A stretch of DNA of 62,584 bases, counting the filler, from Sphacelaria rigidula (Eukaryota), in the NCBI GenBank assembly GCA_964200075.2. It is 11 parts of 11 records of this genome, joined end to end, with 100 filler letters (N's around TTAATTAATTAA, not from the genome) between each part and the next. Parts side by side here need not be neighbours in the genome. Positions count along the whole stretch, not along the records: positions 1 to 5,600 come from CAXNAA020025976.1; positions 5,701 to 11,299 come from CAXNAA020025977.1; positions 11,400 to 16,998 come from CAXNAA020025978.1; 8 more parts are not named here. One strand, written 5' to 3'. The position numbers and the translations under genes are program-made. Of this stretch, positions 1 to 11,466 are shown one piece after another (position 1 is the first letter of the stretch; every line of letters starts with the position of its first letter). A model generated the notes under the pieces. That model did no database searches and was not told the DNA's origin. It saw only the letters and a list, made by a program, of their open reading frames with translations.

Positions 1-520
1 ACCATTTACGGCCAATAACACCCTCATGATAAACGGGGTCTTTACCCGGTATCGCCCTCACGACACCAACTGGGGCGGTTGTAATTTGAGCACGGTTTGC
101 TTATTTTGCCGAAACTATCGACGCTAGCACTTTCGAGTGCTCATCGAAAATGTTATGCAAAATCCCCCGGAAAATAGGCCATCCGCAGAAAATGCTTGAC
201 TGAGGTCTGTGCAGTATAGGAGGGAAACACGATCTCGATCGTTGTTGTGAAAATTTTATACGTATTAATTCATCTCAATGTTCATTGTTTCGTCGCTGAA
301 GAGTGGGAAAACTGCTTACATTGGACCAAAAACGGTCAATAACACCCTCCTGATAAACGGGGTATCAAGTCTGTATCGCCCCAAAAACATCAACGTGAGC
401 ACTGTAGTTTGAGCGCGGCCTACCCTTTCCCCCTGAATTTACCGGCGCTAGCACTTTCAAGTAGTAATGAAGAATAGTACTCAAGACAAACTCAGAAAAA
501 AGGACAACTACGAATTCTGA
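1..520. repeat. Diverged direct repeat, period ~325 bp
   Basis: 'caataacaccctc.tgataaacgggg...gtatcgccc...tttgagc.cgg...cgctagcactttc' occurs at ~13-140 and again at ~337-460. Confidence 0.75.
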
Positions 521-1468
521 AAAGTTCTGATGCTGACTACTATATGCAAAATACTATTACAGGTGCTAGGGTTTGTAAATGCTACACAGGGGTTTTCACA
601 AAGGCTGTGGAGAACCCGGTGCTCGTCCTACAGGGTGCTATTTGTCCACGTGTGTACTGATGTTCATTTTCCATCCATACCTCAACGTGAGGCGAACAAT
701 TCAAACGCCCTGTGATGGTTGACAAAGCGGGAACATCATCAGATTGGGGGCGAAGGAATGATGGGGAGGGGGATTTAAACTGCAAGACAGCAACGGACGT
801 GCTTCAAACCCCCGAAGCTACACTGTAGCCGACACTCACAGATTTCAATACCTGGGCTACCTCGCACGAAGTGGTGCGTTTGGAACGAGCAACGAGCTTA
901 TCAGTCATCAGGACCTCGCACGACACGTTCGTCTCGAGCATTTAGATCCACGTTGTGGGGACAGCGACAAGGATATCTCATGCGCTCAACATTTCCAGGG
1001 ATTGCCACTCGTGATTCTGGGAGCTATCCCATCTATGTCATATTGTGATTACGAAAGCAATGTGGACTGAAATCTGCGAAGGCAGGCATGTCTACCAAAA
1101 TCAGTCCCGGGTTCAACGAGCCCGATCTTTTCGTTAAACGAAGTTACTGGAGGATATCACAGGTGACCAATTCATGACAGAAAGCCATACCCCGGTTCTT
1201 AGATTACGGTGGCATGCATTTACCGTTTGTACTTCGTTGCATTCCCAAGACCGCCTTCTCCACACCACTGGCTCGGAGTCCAGAGACAACAAAAACACTG
1301 CAAGGACGCTCCTCGGCGAATGCTGCCATGGAGCGCAGCTGAAATAACCCAAGAAACGGTCACACGGACACTATCCGAAAAGGGCGCTCACACGAGAAGC
1401 ACCGAACTCTTCGATCAACCGTTGTCACTAGCCGTACGACAGAACACGTGCCGCTTATCTACTTCGAA

Positions 1469-4222
1469 CTATCGTTCACCACCACTACCCCCTCCGTAGT
1501 ACGAGTCGAGTTGCTGTTTGGCCGAAATCCGGCCGGGAGACGTAGATTTTGAGTTAGAAAATGAAGACGACATCGCCAACCCAGCCTCTTGAGCAGGCGA
1601 CAACGGGGGCACGGGAACAGGCTCTTCTGATGTCCCTGGGGCATCACCGAACGGGCTCCAAAACAGATCACCTTCGGTAGATGCATAACCCGCGCGGCCG
1701 GACCGCGCCGCCGCTCGAATCGCCGCACTTCCCCTTTCAGTCGCCGGAGAAACTCCCCCGGCGTTGGCACGGCTGCCCTCGGCAGGTTCGTCTTCGCCGT
1801 CAAACGCGCTCTTCAGCTTTGTGACGGCCTCGTCCACAGCTTCCTGGCTCCTTCGCCTGAAATCCCGAAAGGAGTCACCGAACATGCCGAAGCCTCCACC
1901 CCCCGTGGGTGTAGTATTGGCACTCTTGGATGCCACGGAAGGGCTAACATTGGCGCGAGTAGGGGATACCGAGTGACCTCCGCTCTCCAGCCGGCGTTTC
2001 ACCTTTGCCATAGACGGGGGCTTGAAGATATCCCAGCCGGAAAGGGTAACTTCTGCTGGAGAGAGCCCCGATCCTACACCACCACTAACACCACCTCCCG
2101 CGGATTGCTTCTCGGCGCCGTCACTTCTCGCCAACTTCTTGCTGAAGGGAGAACTGCTGTGCTCACCGTCTTTGGGGACAAATATGTCGGTCACCGCAGC
2201 AAACGAGCTCGTAATTGACTGCAGTACTTCGTCGGTTTTTTCTTGCAAGCTGTCTTGCAAGGTAACCTCCGCGGTTGCCTCGCCCCCTTGTGTGGCTCTG
2301 CCGGAACCCTCCTCAGAGTCTAGTGTTGTGCTGACATCTTGGTCTTCTGCCTCGAACTCTGCCAAGCTTTCCGGGGTCGGGTACATACTCAGGAGCGACA
2401 ATTGTTGCTCGACGTCCTCGGACGGGTAGAGAACGTCCTGCGCGGAGGAGGACACCATGTCGAATTTGAACAATATTCGGCAACACGCATGGGATCGACA
2501 GGGACGCCAAAGGCCGGCGTACTTTGAGTGACGCATCAAAGCAGTCATTAAAATGCTGACGCCTGCGGACGGAGTACAGCACTTCGCAGAAGAAAAACTT
2601 GACTTTGCGTATCTCACTATTTTCGTATTTTTCAAGTCAGGTCAGATTAAATGGGATCAGATCATGTTTGGATGGATTGGTTTGTTTTGGCGCCGAAACA
2701 GGGATCATTACCACGTGTCTCAGACGCTACGCAGTTTTTTACTCAAAATGCGTTTAGCTCACTCATCCTATTCGTTAGAATCTGTAGTTAGAATCTGACG
2801 CTTCAACATAGCAGAAGAAATGCAACGAGAAAAAACAAAAGATGGCATTTGATCATTTGTGCGAAGATTCTATACCTGTACATTTTCTTGTTTCCAACTT
2901 GATGCTTGTTCAGGAGCAATTTGCCAGCCTAGCAACTCGAAAGAGTAGGCTACGTTCCGCTGAGAGATGATATACATCGTATCTAAAGAAAGCGGTATTC
3001 CAAACAGGCTACAACCAAACCGACCCACTCAGTCTACGCATTACCACGCCGAAGAGTAGCCCTTCATTGGCAGATACACTTGGAATACCTAGAGGCTAAC
3101 TTACTCTGGGTAAGGTCCAACATCAGAAAGCCACCTACACTTTTGAAACCATGATCGGATAAGATACGAGCATTAGCATATCGAGAAAAAATGCTCCGCC
3201 TGAAGCAACTATAGGAATATCCGCACAACGCGGAGGGCAACGGAAGCCGTACTCTGCAAAGCATAATGCAATTCACCTGACAGCTGTGGGACTCTCCCGG
3301 CGTCCCTCCCCCCGGTCGTTTCTGGTGCCTCGCTCGTTCTACGCACGCGCAGAACAGCTGCGCCTGAGCTTCCCATGGATCTATGCGGGCATTGCCTTCT
3401 TCCGCGAGAAGATCTTCGCGAAACATTCCCCACAGTTGAGTCGAAAATACCGCCTTTGATTGCACGTGGGTGGGGTAGTACGACGACAAAGTCAACCTTT
3501 TCTTCATTCAATTCCGGAAAGTGGACATTTTGTCCGTTGAACATCGGTATCATGGGGCACAGTACGAGATGGCGATGCGATCAGCGCTGCGACACATTAA
3601 ACTTGAAAAAAAGTAAAACTGAACTATGGAGCATGGAGCATCCCCCGTAGTACACTTGAAGCAACACAAGGAGCAACCGTGAGATCCAGAGTCGTCGCTA
3701 CAAACACGATACGCGATCGACGAAGACCTCCCCAAAAACGGATTCATCACATGTTTGACACGCTGGTTCAGGGTTACGGGTCGATCACGGGTTTCGTCAT
3801 AGGCCACAAAGAGAGAGTCACATGTTATGAGCGGGCCTGAAAAAGTATCGCGTACACCCGCACAGACGACTGCAGCTCGAGAAAAGTAAAGGCGATGGTT
3901 GATGTGCGCCCATTCATCACGGTGCGTTCGAGCACCTGCACGATGTTGTACGGAATAGGCACGAGCAACCTAGGCAGCGGGAAATGTAGCGATGCTGAGG
4001 TATGGGGGATATTATAAGCGATAGTTTCCCCAATCCAATCAATCACTCATAAAAAAAATCAGTGAGCATTACACGGACTTCTTCAAGCAGCCGTGAACAG
4101 CGGCTAGTTCAAGTGTTCAGTTATTCCTTCACCTCTAGGAAACTCCGGTGGTCTGTCGGAGCTTCGGATATCATCCGCTGCTGAGCGCCTGGCACGTACC
4201 GGTACGTCTGGTAGGGTCCGAT
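1469..4222 (-). CDS. DENN-domain (Rab GEF-like) protein, 3' part, multi-exon
   Basis: Exons 4222-4133 (IGPYQTYRYVPGAQQRMISEAPTDHRSFLE, AG/GT bounded), 3453-~3364 (AVFSTQLWGMFREDLLAEEGNARIDPWEAQ), 2959-2876 (RNVAYSFELLGWQIAPEQASSWKQENVQ) and terminal exon 2437-1469 (Ser/Gly-rich). The spliced 'RSFLEAVFSTQLWGMFRED' matches the dDENN motif FLxxFxxTQxFxxFxE. The donor of the second exon is uncertain. Confidence 0.7.
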
Positions 4223-5058
4223 CTGGAAAACGGAACCCACACGAGATAACAGCAATGCGGAAAGAAAGCAAACGGTCCGGGCGAGATACGCGTGACTCAA
4301 CGAGCGTGACCAGCCAAGGATTTGTCGACACTGTAGTCTACTGTAACTGGTCCTCGTACAGGGTCACCGCACGTTTGTGTACATTGGCTACTGCGGAGTT
4401 CATCGTAGGAGCATAGGAGTAGGCGTTCATGACGCGTTCAACGGCGAGAACGACTCCCGGACAGTCGCATACCTTTGTATATTTAGTTCATGCCCCGCGG
4501 CTCGGCCTAGAAATAAGCAAGGCGTGTGACGAGGGACGTGGATATTTCCCAGAGAATAGATTACGGTTGGCTGGGGTGCTTCACTGTGGGAACCAGAGTC
4601 GTTTTGTCCATTTTTGCAGTTTTCCTACGCACAGTTTTGTTCCTCTTCATTTCCGTGTAAAGCGTTGCGCTGCATTTCCCTACTGCATTCTTCGTTTCCA
4701 TTCTCAGATCTGAAAGCAGGTACCCCAGGAAATTAATACTCCTGCGTTGTAGCAGGGCGTGGATTCAAACTGTTCACGATGAAACTGTAATTTCCTCGAT
4801 TTTTCCGGGTGCAAACTGAAAAATGATGGAGCCGTTCACGCATCGCACATCTCATGAGCTACCTGGAATAACTAATCGAAGAGGACTCTCAGACCCGGTA
4901 TCCAAAAACACAAAATACGTGACAGCGGGGTCCGAGGAGCAAAAGCGCTACCTCCGCGTCCTCGGTCTCGAGCGCTGTCAGAAGCAAACATGGAAAAAGT
5001 GGTCAAATGAGTTAGCTCATGATCCGGGTCAACACACTAAAACAACAAGTAATATTCC

Positions 5059-5224
5059 ACACCCTGGACAATACATAGTCAATAGATGCAAGAGACGAGA
5101 AGTGTACTGCATAATGTATAGGCCTATTGCAACTATTGCCGGCCGACAATGGTCGCAATAGGCCTACTGAATGCAGTACTTTTCTGGTCCATTGCAACTA
5201 CTGACCATATATTGTCCAAGGTGT
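5059..5224. mobile_element. Fully palindromic ~165-bp MITE-like hairpin
   Basis: ACACCCTGGACAATACATAGTCAATAGATGCAA pairs with TTGCAACTACTGACCATATATTGTCCAAGGTGT; inner arms (gtactgcat..aggcctattgc / gcaataggcct..atgcagtac) also pair around ~5140. Confidence 0.75.
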
Positions 5225-5600
5225 ATCATATTCCCGTAAATCGTGAGCAGTCCGACGTATGGAGCCATTTTTCCTACACCGCCACCGCCGACAACCGCCC
5301 TCATACTGTGTAGACTCCCCGGACGACAAGCAATTGGGCTCCAAATACCATCCCCCGGAGGTGCTCTTACGTGGGACTAGTAGAGGCGCGACTTGGAACG
5401 ATTATCCACAGCTCTAGGTGGACATATCAGACGGAAGGTGCTCGGGGGGCTAATCTGCTGGCGGGCTCGAGCGATCCAACAAATGCACCACAGAACACCC
5501 CCTCACGTCGCCGGTGACGTCACCGGTGACGCACCCATGAGGCAGTGTATAAGCCGTGGCTGTCTCGGGAAGTGGCGATACCAGAAAATCAAGCAACTTT

Positions 5601-5700
5601 NNNNNNNNNNNNNNNNNNNNNNNNNNNNNNNNNNNNNNNNNNNNTTAATTAATTAANNNNNNNNNNNNNNNNNNNNNNNNNNNNNNNNNNNNNNNNNNNN
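5601..5700. other. Artificial contig spacer (44 N + TTAATTAATTAA + 44 N); same spacer at 11300-11399, 16999-17098, 22698-22797, 28397-28496, 34095-34194, 39793-39892, 45491-45590, 51189-51288, 56887-56986
   Basis: Ten identical 100-bp blocks with stop codons in all six frames; intervening contigs are 5600, 4x5599 and 6x5598 bp, i.e. a size-sorted concatenation. Confidence 0.99.
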
Positions 5701-5788
5701 GATGCGTGGTCAATGGTCAAACGACTAAGGCAAGAAACAAATGAGTACGCCCCCCCCCCTTCCCCCCAAATCTTCACATCCGCCGTGC

Positions 5789-5813
5789 CCACACACACAC
5801 ACACACACACACA
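5789..5813. repeat. (CA)n microsatellite
   Basis: Uninterrupted CA run directly visible. Confidence 0.9.
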
Positions 5814-5853
5814 CTCATCGATTTTTATCCACCTCTACACCTTTTATCACCAA

Positions 5854-8800
5854 AAATGGCTCGATGAATTCGCAGCGGCGCGGGAGGCGGAGATGGGGCA
5901 CTTGAAGACCGTCAAGACTCTGTCGTCAGAGCTGGAAGAGGCCCGCCGAGCACAGGTCAAGGCAGAGCACTCTGCTGCGTCAGCTGCCGCTTCGGCTGCA
6001 GCTCTCGTGGCTTCCTCGGTAAGATGTACGATGTGTTTGCTCCCCCCCGCCGCCGCTTGGTCGCACGAAAACCCCGCGTGCTCTGTCTCGGCTTTGTAGG
6101 GACGAACCGAACCCCCCCATGGGATTGGGTGTCGGTTGGTGATGACGCTGTAAAACATGCCGCTCACTGCGTAAGCTAGGCAAACAGGTCACCCATTGTT
6201 TTCTTGCATTGCGCGCTTGCGTTTTATGCGGTTATCATGATGGTGGGCAAGCTAGATCATGTTGTGCGGGGTGGGAGAACCTCAACTTCGCGGAAAAAGA
6301 ATGATCATAATTTGTAGTTTGTGATTGGGGAGATATCCATGAGGTAGTGGGTAAGCCGTGGCTGTCTCTGGAACTGGCGATACCACAAAGCGACGCAACT
6401 CATGGAGGGTGTCATCCAGATCCAAGATAATCAGTGCTCTTCGAGCCGAACAATGTTGGCAGGATGCAGCTCACCCTTCATGATACTCGCCGTGCACACC
6501 ACAGCGCTTCGCGCTTGGTGATTGAGTGGGGGCCTATGGTTATATGACTATGGCTTCAGACCCTGCTTTGTAGGGTTGCGAGGTCGATGGTTACATGACT
6601 ATGGCATGCAAGATCATGAGTACCCCCCCCCCCCCCCCCCCCCCACCCCGCTCCACAAGCTTGTGCAATCTTCAGGTCGTTAGTGTTGTATACAAGACCT
6701 CGCGAGTTGCACCACGCCGTCAGGCACCCGCACATTGGCAATCTGAGTCTTGACAAGTGATGTTGTAAGATAATATGATGCTAGTTCCAATAGTACGTAC
6801 ACGAAATAAACCGTAGCAAAATATTGGGTTGGCGTAATTGTGATTCATATCTCGGTTGCGTCCCCCGTCCCGTCCCGTCCCTCCGGGTTTGCCGTGCCGT
6901 CGTATGTGGGCATGGACGTCATCGCGGGTGGTTTTTACAGGAGGCCGGCAATCGTCGCCCACATTTGGAGGGGAATGCTCTACGAACTCCTGGGTAAGCG
7001 ACGTGAAATAATGTAATCTTGTTTCATATCGAACGGTATTCTGAGGAATTCATCCTTCGATATGTATCGTGGGAGGGTAGGGGGAAGGGTGGTTTCGTGT
7101 TGGCGAGATTCGAGCGCAAATTCGGTATGCCTCCTGCAAAGAAATGGACTGCTGGGCGACGCCCGCTAGAACAGAAGAAATATCCGAGAAGTTTGGGGTT
7201 CCAGTCCCTTATTGCACGACTCGAAGCCACGTTGAGCTGTCGCGGAAGGCTGCAAAATGGTCATTTGAGCGCTTTAGGAGACATGAAAGTGGCAGCATAC
7301 GATGCGTGCGCACGTAAATACATAGGGTTGTACGCACCAAAATGCCAAAATCGAGTGTTTTAGCAGGGCCACCGTAAACATTTTACCATGTAGCTCCCGT
7401 TTTTTTTCTTCTCACGGAGTATCGCACATACGTTATATATCACGCCCTCCCTGAATTTCGTTCAAGGGTTGGCGTCGGTTGACACTGACTCTGTAAAACA
7501 TGCCACCCACTACGTAAGCTAGGCAATCAGGTATCCCTTTCTTTTTTCCTCGCTTGCGTTTGATTGCGGTAACCATGATGGTGGTCGAGTTAGATCGTAT
7601 TGTGCGAGGTTGGAGAACCTCAACTCCGCGCAAAGGGGATGGTCATAATACGTAGTAGTCAAATGGTGAGATATTTTTATGGCATTGTAACCCGTGGCTG
7701 TCTGCAAATGGCGACGCCATAATATGAAGCAACTCATTGGAGACTGTCATCCACACGTGAGATAATCGGTATACTTAACAGCGAGCAGTTGCAGTAGGTT
7801 GAAGCTCAACCCGTATGCACCTCTCCGAACACATCACGGCGCTTCGCGCTCGGTAATTGACTGCGAGCCTGGTCCGAACCCAGCGTGTTTCGTCCCGGCT
7901 TTTGGGGTATGCGAGGTGAATGTTCATATAACTGGCATGCAAGATCATGAGGACACCCCCCCTCTCCCCACTCCCTGAATTTCACGCCCGGGCGAAAAAC
8001 GTGTGTTCCATTTTTGGCACCCTATCGGCATCTACGTCACAGTGGAGGTCCCGCCGTATGGCGGTCCTGTACATGCGGGGTCCCACAGATTGCAATGTGC
8101 TATTCTAGTATCAAGTAATTTCCCGTTACAAGTAGAGAGCAGGGCCCCCGCATAGTGCGGTCATGCTGGGCTAGCCACCTACAGCGCTGATTCACGTTGC
8201 GTATAACCTACTGTTACCCCCCACAATGTCCCACTACTCCCGTCGCCCAGTGGTGATGGATTTCGAAACACCCAAGTAGTCATCATCCTGGGATGGTGGA
8301 CATTGGAGCCGACGATAGCACCGTACACAACGTACTCTATGATTTGTCGTCTATGGCGTGTTCTACCGATCGCGGACCCGTGCGTCTTGGTCACTTGACA
8401 AGCCGCCTCTCGTGTGCCATCTCGTGTTTCGAATCCAAGGGGTAACTCGCAACCGGCATGGCGGGGAGCGATACACGGCGCTGGTTCCGGATTCGATACT
8501 CAGAATGGATTCAAGATGGAAGGAAGTCAGCCAAGCTCTCCCGGTAGCACCGTGTCCTTGGGTCTCCAAGGGTGAGGAGATGGCCGACGCAGCTTGTGCT
8601 GTGTGTGTTGACGCAGTTCGTTTTGTTGTATCCGTCAAGATCATCGCGGCTAGAAGAGAAAGAAAACGGGTTTTGGAGTGCCGTATTTGCGTTGATTGTG
8701 TTTGAGCCGAATGTACGGAAGGAAGTGGAGTGTGGTGGATGATGACAGGTTTGGGCGTTCTGTTTTGGTTCGTAGGATCCACCGTTAGGCACGGCAAGAC

Positions 8801-10318
8801 GGAAGACATCAGTAGACCAGTTGCATGAGCCGATCGCAGGGGCAAAACATCAACGTTGGTAACTATCGGAAATTATCCCGAAGAAATGCGCAACAATTTT
8901 TCATGACCAAACCGAATCCGAATGGCAAAATGGCGAAAGATGCTTTGGATAGGGTAGGGTAGCGTACGAGATACCCTCGGGTACTATGGTTTACAAAATA
9001 TTCGTCTGTCGATACTCCCATGTGGGATTCTCGCTGATTTTGGAAGTCACTGTCCTACGTACCCTTGAGTATTGAGCCCAAACACCCTGAAACCCACCGT
9101 TTCTCTGGGTACGTATCGTATCCCCAGCACTGTGATCACATCCACGCCATGTCGTCAGGCAGCCACGGCTGTGCTGTTCACAGTGGTTCTTGGTCGTTGT
9201 GTCGCTTTTTGTGTAGATGCACATGAAAAAAACGGTCTTGGTTAATGCAGATGAGGTTCTGCTCTGTCCTCGTCTACATAGCAGATCCTCGTGCTTACTG
9301 TCTGTAGGTGCTTTTTCACTCTTCAACTGACATGGGAGAAATGAACCGAACTAGCTTGTCTGAAAGTACCACCATCACCATCACCATAAAGATGCTCTCT
9401 AAAGATATCGCGGTTGTCTGCGCGGGATGTTTTCTTTCGGAACAGATCCCAGCAGAGCACCCGCGGGTCGACTCAGCTGCACACCAACGCGGTGTTGGAA
9501 TTCGAGGAACGACTGGAGGCCATCAGGGTCGGACTTTCGCAGGGCGTCGACGTGATCGTCTGGGAAGGTGGGCATTTTTTATTTCAGGCGGGGAGGGATA
9601 CTCATAATCTTGCATGCCGTAGTCATGCAACCTTTGATTTTGTATCCCTGTCGAGCTGGACCGGAGCACGCCGAGTTTTCACTGGATCAGGCTCGCAATC
9701 AAATACCAAGCGTGAAGCGCCTTGATGTGTTCGACGAGTCGCGTGAAGGTCGAGGTGCATCTCTCTGAGAGTCTTCGGCCTGAGCGTATTCATCATGTTG
9801 CATATAGATGACAGCCTCCAATAAGTTGCAACTATGAAATCTTAGGGCTAGATTCTTTCCCGCAATTCTACAATAGGTCTAAAAAAGCGGGAATGGGGTT
9901 CATGTCACATGTTTCTTACGGTTCGTAGTACAGTAGCCGTCTTTGGCCTGTTATCCCTCCTGCCCCCTCCCCCCCAAAAAAAAGCAAGGAGAGAAAAATC
10001 AACGAACCAACAACCAACAATCCACGTTTTTCTGTGTTTTTCCCACCACCCTGCAGTTGACTGTCCTATCACGCATTTCACGGCATTCATGTATTGAGCT
10101 GAACGCCTGTATTTTTTTGTGTGTGCGTTGTTATGTAACTTACTTTTTTGGCCCTTTTTTTCTTGTTTGTTTTTGCAGGGAAGACTCGACAAGCGGAGGC
10201 TACGATGTCGGCCGTGGAGGGAGAATCAGGCAGCAGCAAGCTTACCTTTGCGGCAAAGGGGGCTTACATCATCTGGCGGGCGCCCGTGCGAGCCGTCCCG
10301 CTCGACTCACAGCTCAAG
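5854..10318 (+). CDS. Coiled-coil protein with possible PH-like segment (internal exons)
   Basis: Exons ~5854-6018, 6941-6993, 9446-9567 and 10179-10318 have GT donors, AG acceptors (last three) and compatible phases 0/2/1, giving KWLDEFAAAREAEMGHLKTVKTLSSELEEARRAQ...LEFEERLEAIRVGLSQGVDVIVWEGKTRQAEATM...KLTFAAKGAYIIWRAPVRAVPLDSQLK. The first acceptor is unclear and the PH-like call is inference. Confidence 0.7.
6125..6650 (+). mobile_element. Oligo(C)-tailed dispersed repeat, ~520-bp copy (intronic)
   Basis: Collinear with 7474-7970 (ctgtaaaacatgcc...cgtaagctaggcaa...gcgcttcgcgct.ggt.attga...) and ends GATCATGAGTAC followed by a >20-nt C run. Confidence 0.75.
7460..7970 (+). mobile_element. 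Oligo(C)-tailed non-LTR-like retroelement copy with 13-bp TSD
   Basis: Flanked by exact direct repeat CTCCCTGAATTTC at 7447-7459 and 7971-7983; ends GATCATGAGGACA + C-rich tail. Confidence 0.75.
9587..9830 (-). mobile_element. Oligo(C)-tailed repeat, 5'-truncated ~240-bp copy
   Basis: Reverse complement aligns by eye to 7729-7960 (gcaact.attggag.ctgtcatc ... gaacacatca.ggcgcttc.cgct.ggta.ttga.tgcgagcct). Confidence 0.7.
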
Positions 10319-11227
10319 GTGAAATGAAGCAGAGGCTTTTCTGGCGGTGTGCATGGTGTGAGGACGGTAATAACAAAAATTATTTTACTGAGTTCTTTCG
10401 ACGACAGTTGGCATGGTGCAGGGATGCTGGTCCAATCCTACAGTTGGTCGTCCGAGCACCGTGGGGCATCCATTGTGGCTATTGCTCTTACCCGTACTCT
10501 ACCCCAAGCACCTGCGGTCATCATGCGTTCGGATTCAGTTTGGCCGTATTCAATTCGTGATGTGGTTTCGGAATAAGTTCCAAACGGTCACCAGTATTCA
10601 GGTTTTGCCCTGCAATAGGCTTGTATAATTTGTCTACTCTTCTATTCTCCCTTGTCGTGTGCAACGGTGCATCTGACGAACCGAAATACAGTACCACTCT
10701 ACGCACGACCCCAAGTGTTTGGATGTGTTGTCATCCCCCTTCCGTTTTCGACGCCGGTCTGCGCCTGTCGGCATACGGGGCCGCATCAGCCGGTGTCGCG
10801 CAGGATGCTCCTTATGTTTTTTCTTTCGAATTTTGTCACAGTAACAAACCTTCCTTCTGCGGTGCTTGCCTCACCATCATCGCGAGATGGATTTGTCGAT
10901 CCCTTCTCCTCGTCAACCATGAAGTCGGATTATGTGGCGAACTGAGAATACTAGGGTATGGTGCGCCTGTGGTGTCCTACTAATGGGCAAAATGTGCGTT
11001 GGCAGAGCTCAAATCGGGGTCGATTCGAGCGAATAGGCGTGTAGCGCACGATATGAGTACTCGGACTGTCAGCTCTTTGAAGATTTGAATCTGATGATCC
11101 TACACTACTATCACGTATGTGTTAACCGTGGTGATGTGATGAGCTCGCCCAAATCCTGCTGGTGTTTCATCTTGATTTGAGTGTGCGCGTACTTCACGAG
11201 AGTTGAGGCACATGGGGATGTCGATTG

Positions 11228-11299
11228 GGTGGAGGGAGGGGGGGGTGTACTCATGATCATGCTTGCCATAGTCATCAGACCATTGACCTCGCATCCCTA
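11228..11299 (-). mobile_element. Oligo(C)-tailed repeat 3' end, cut by contig end; further 3' ends at 5701-5768(+), 26125-26180(+), 51117-51188(-), 55255-55337(-)
   Basis: Shared terminal motif AGGGATGCG(A/T)GGTCAATGGTC...GACTA.GGCA...ATGAGTAC followed by C-rich sequence. Confidence 0.75.
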
Positions 11300-11399
11300 N
11301 NNNNNNNNNNNNNNNNNNNNNNNNNNNNNNNNNNNNNNNNNNNTTAATTAATTAANNNNNNNNNNNNNNNNNNNNNNNNNNNNNNNNNNNNNNNNNNNN

Positions 11400-11466
11400 G
11401 GGGAAAGCGCTGTTTTAGGCTTGAACCTCATCTCGGAGTTAAACCTCAATTCGCACAATTTGTTGT
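11400..11466. repeat. Dispersed repeat end (aacctca...aaacctcaattcgcacaatttgttgt)
   Basis: Reverse complement at 34076-34094; related 'aaatgaggttcaa' segments at 27162-27220 and 30510-30570. Confidence 0.55.

Noticed and set aside
11250..11299. CTGATGA in the C-tailed repeat as a hammerhead ribozyme core
   Set aside because: No properly placed GAAA or flanking stems; subfamily A lacks the motif.
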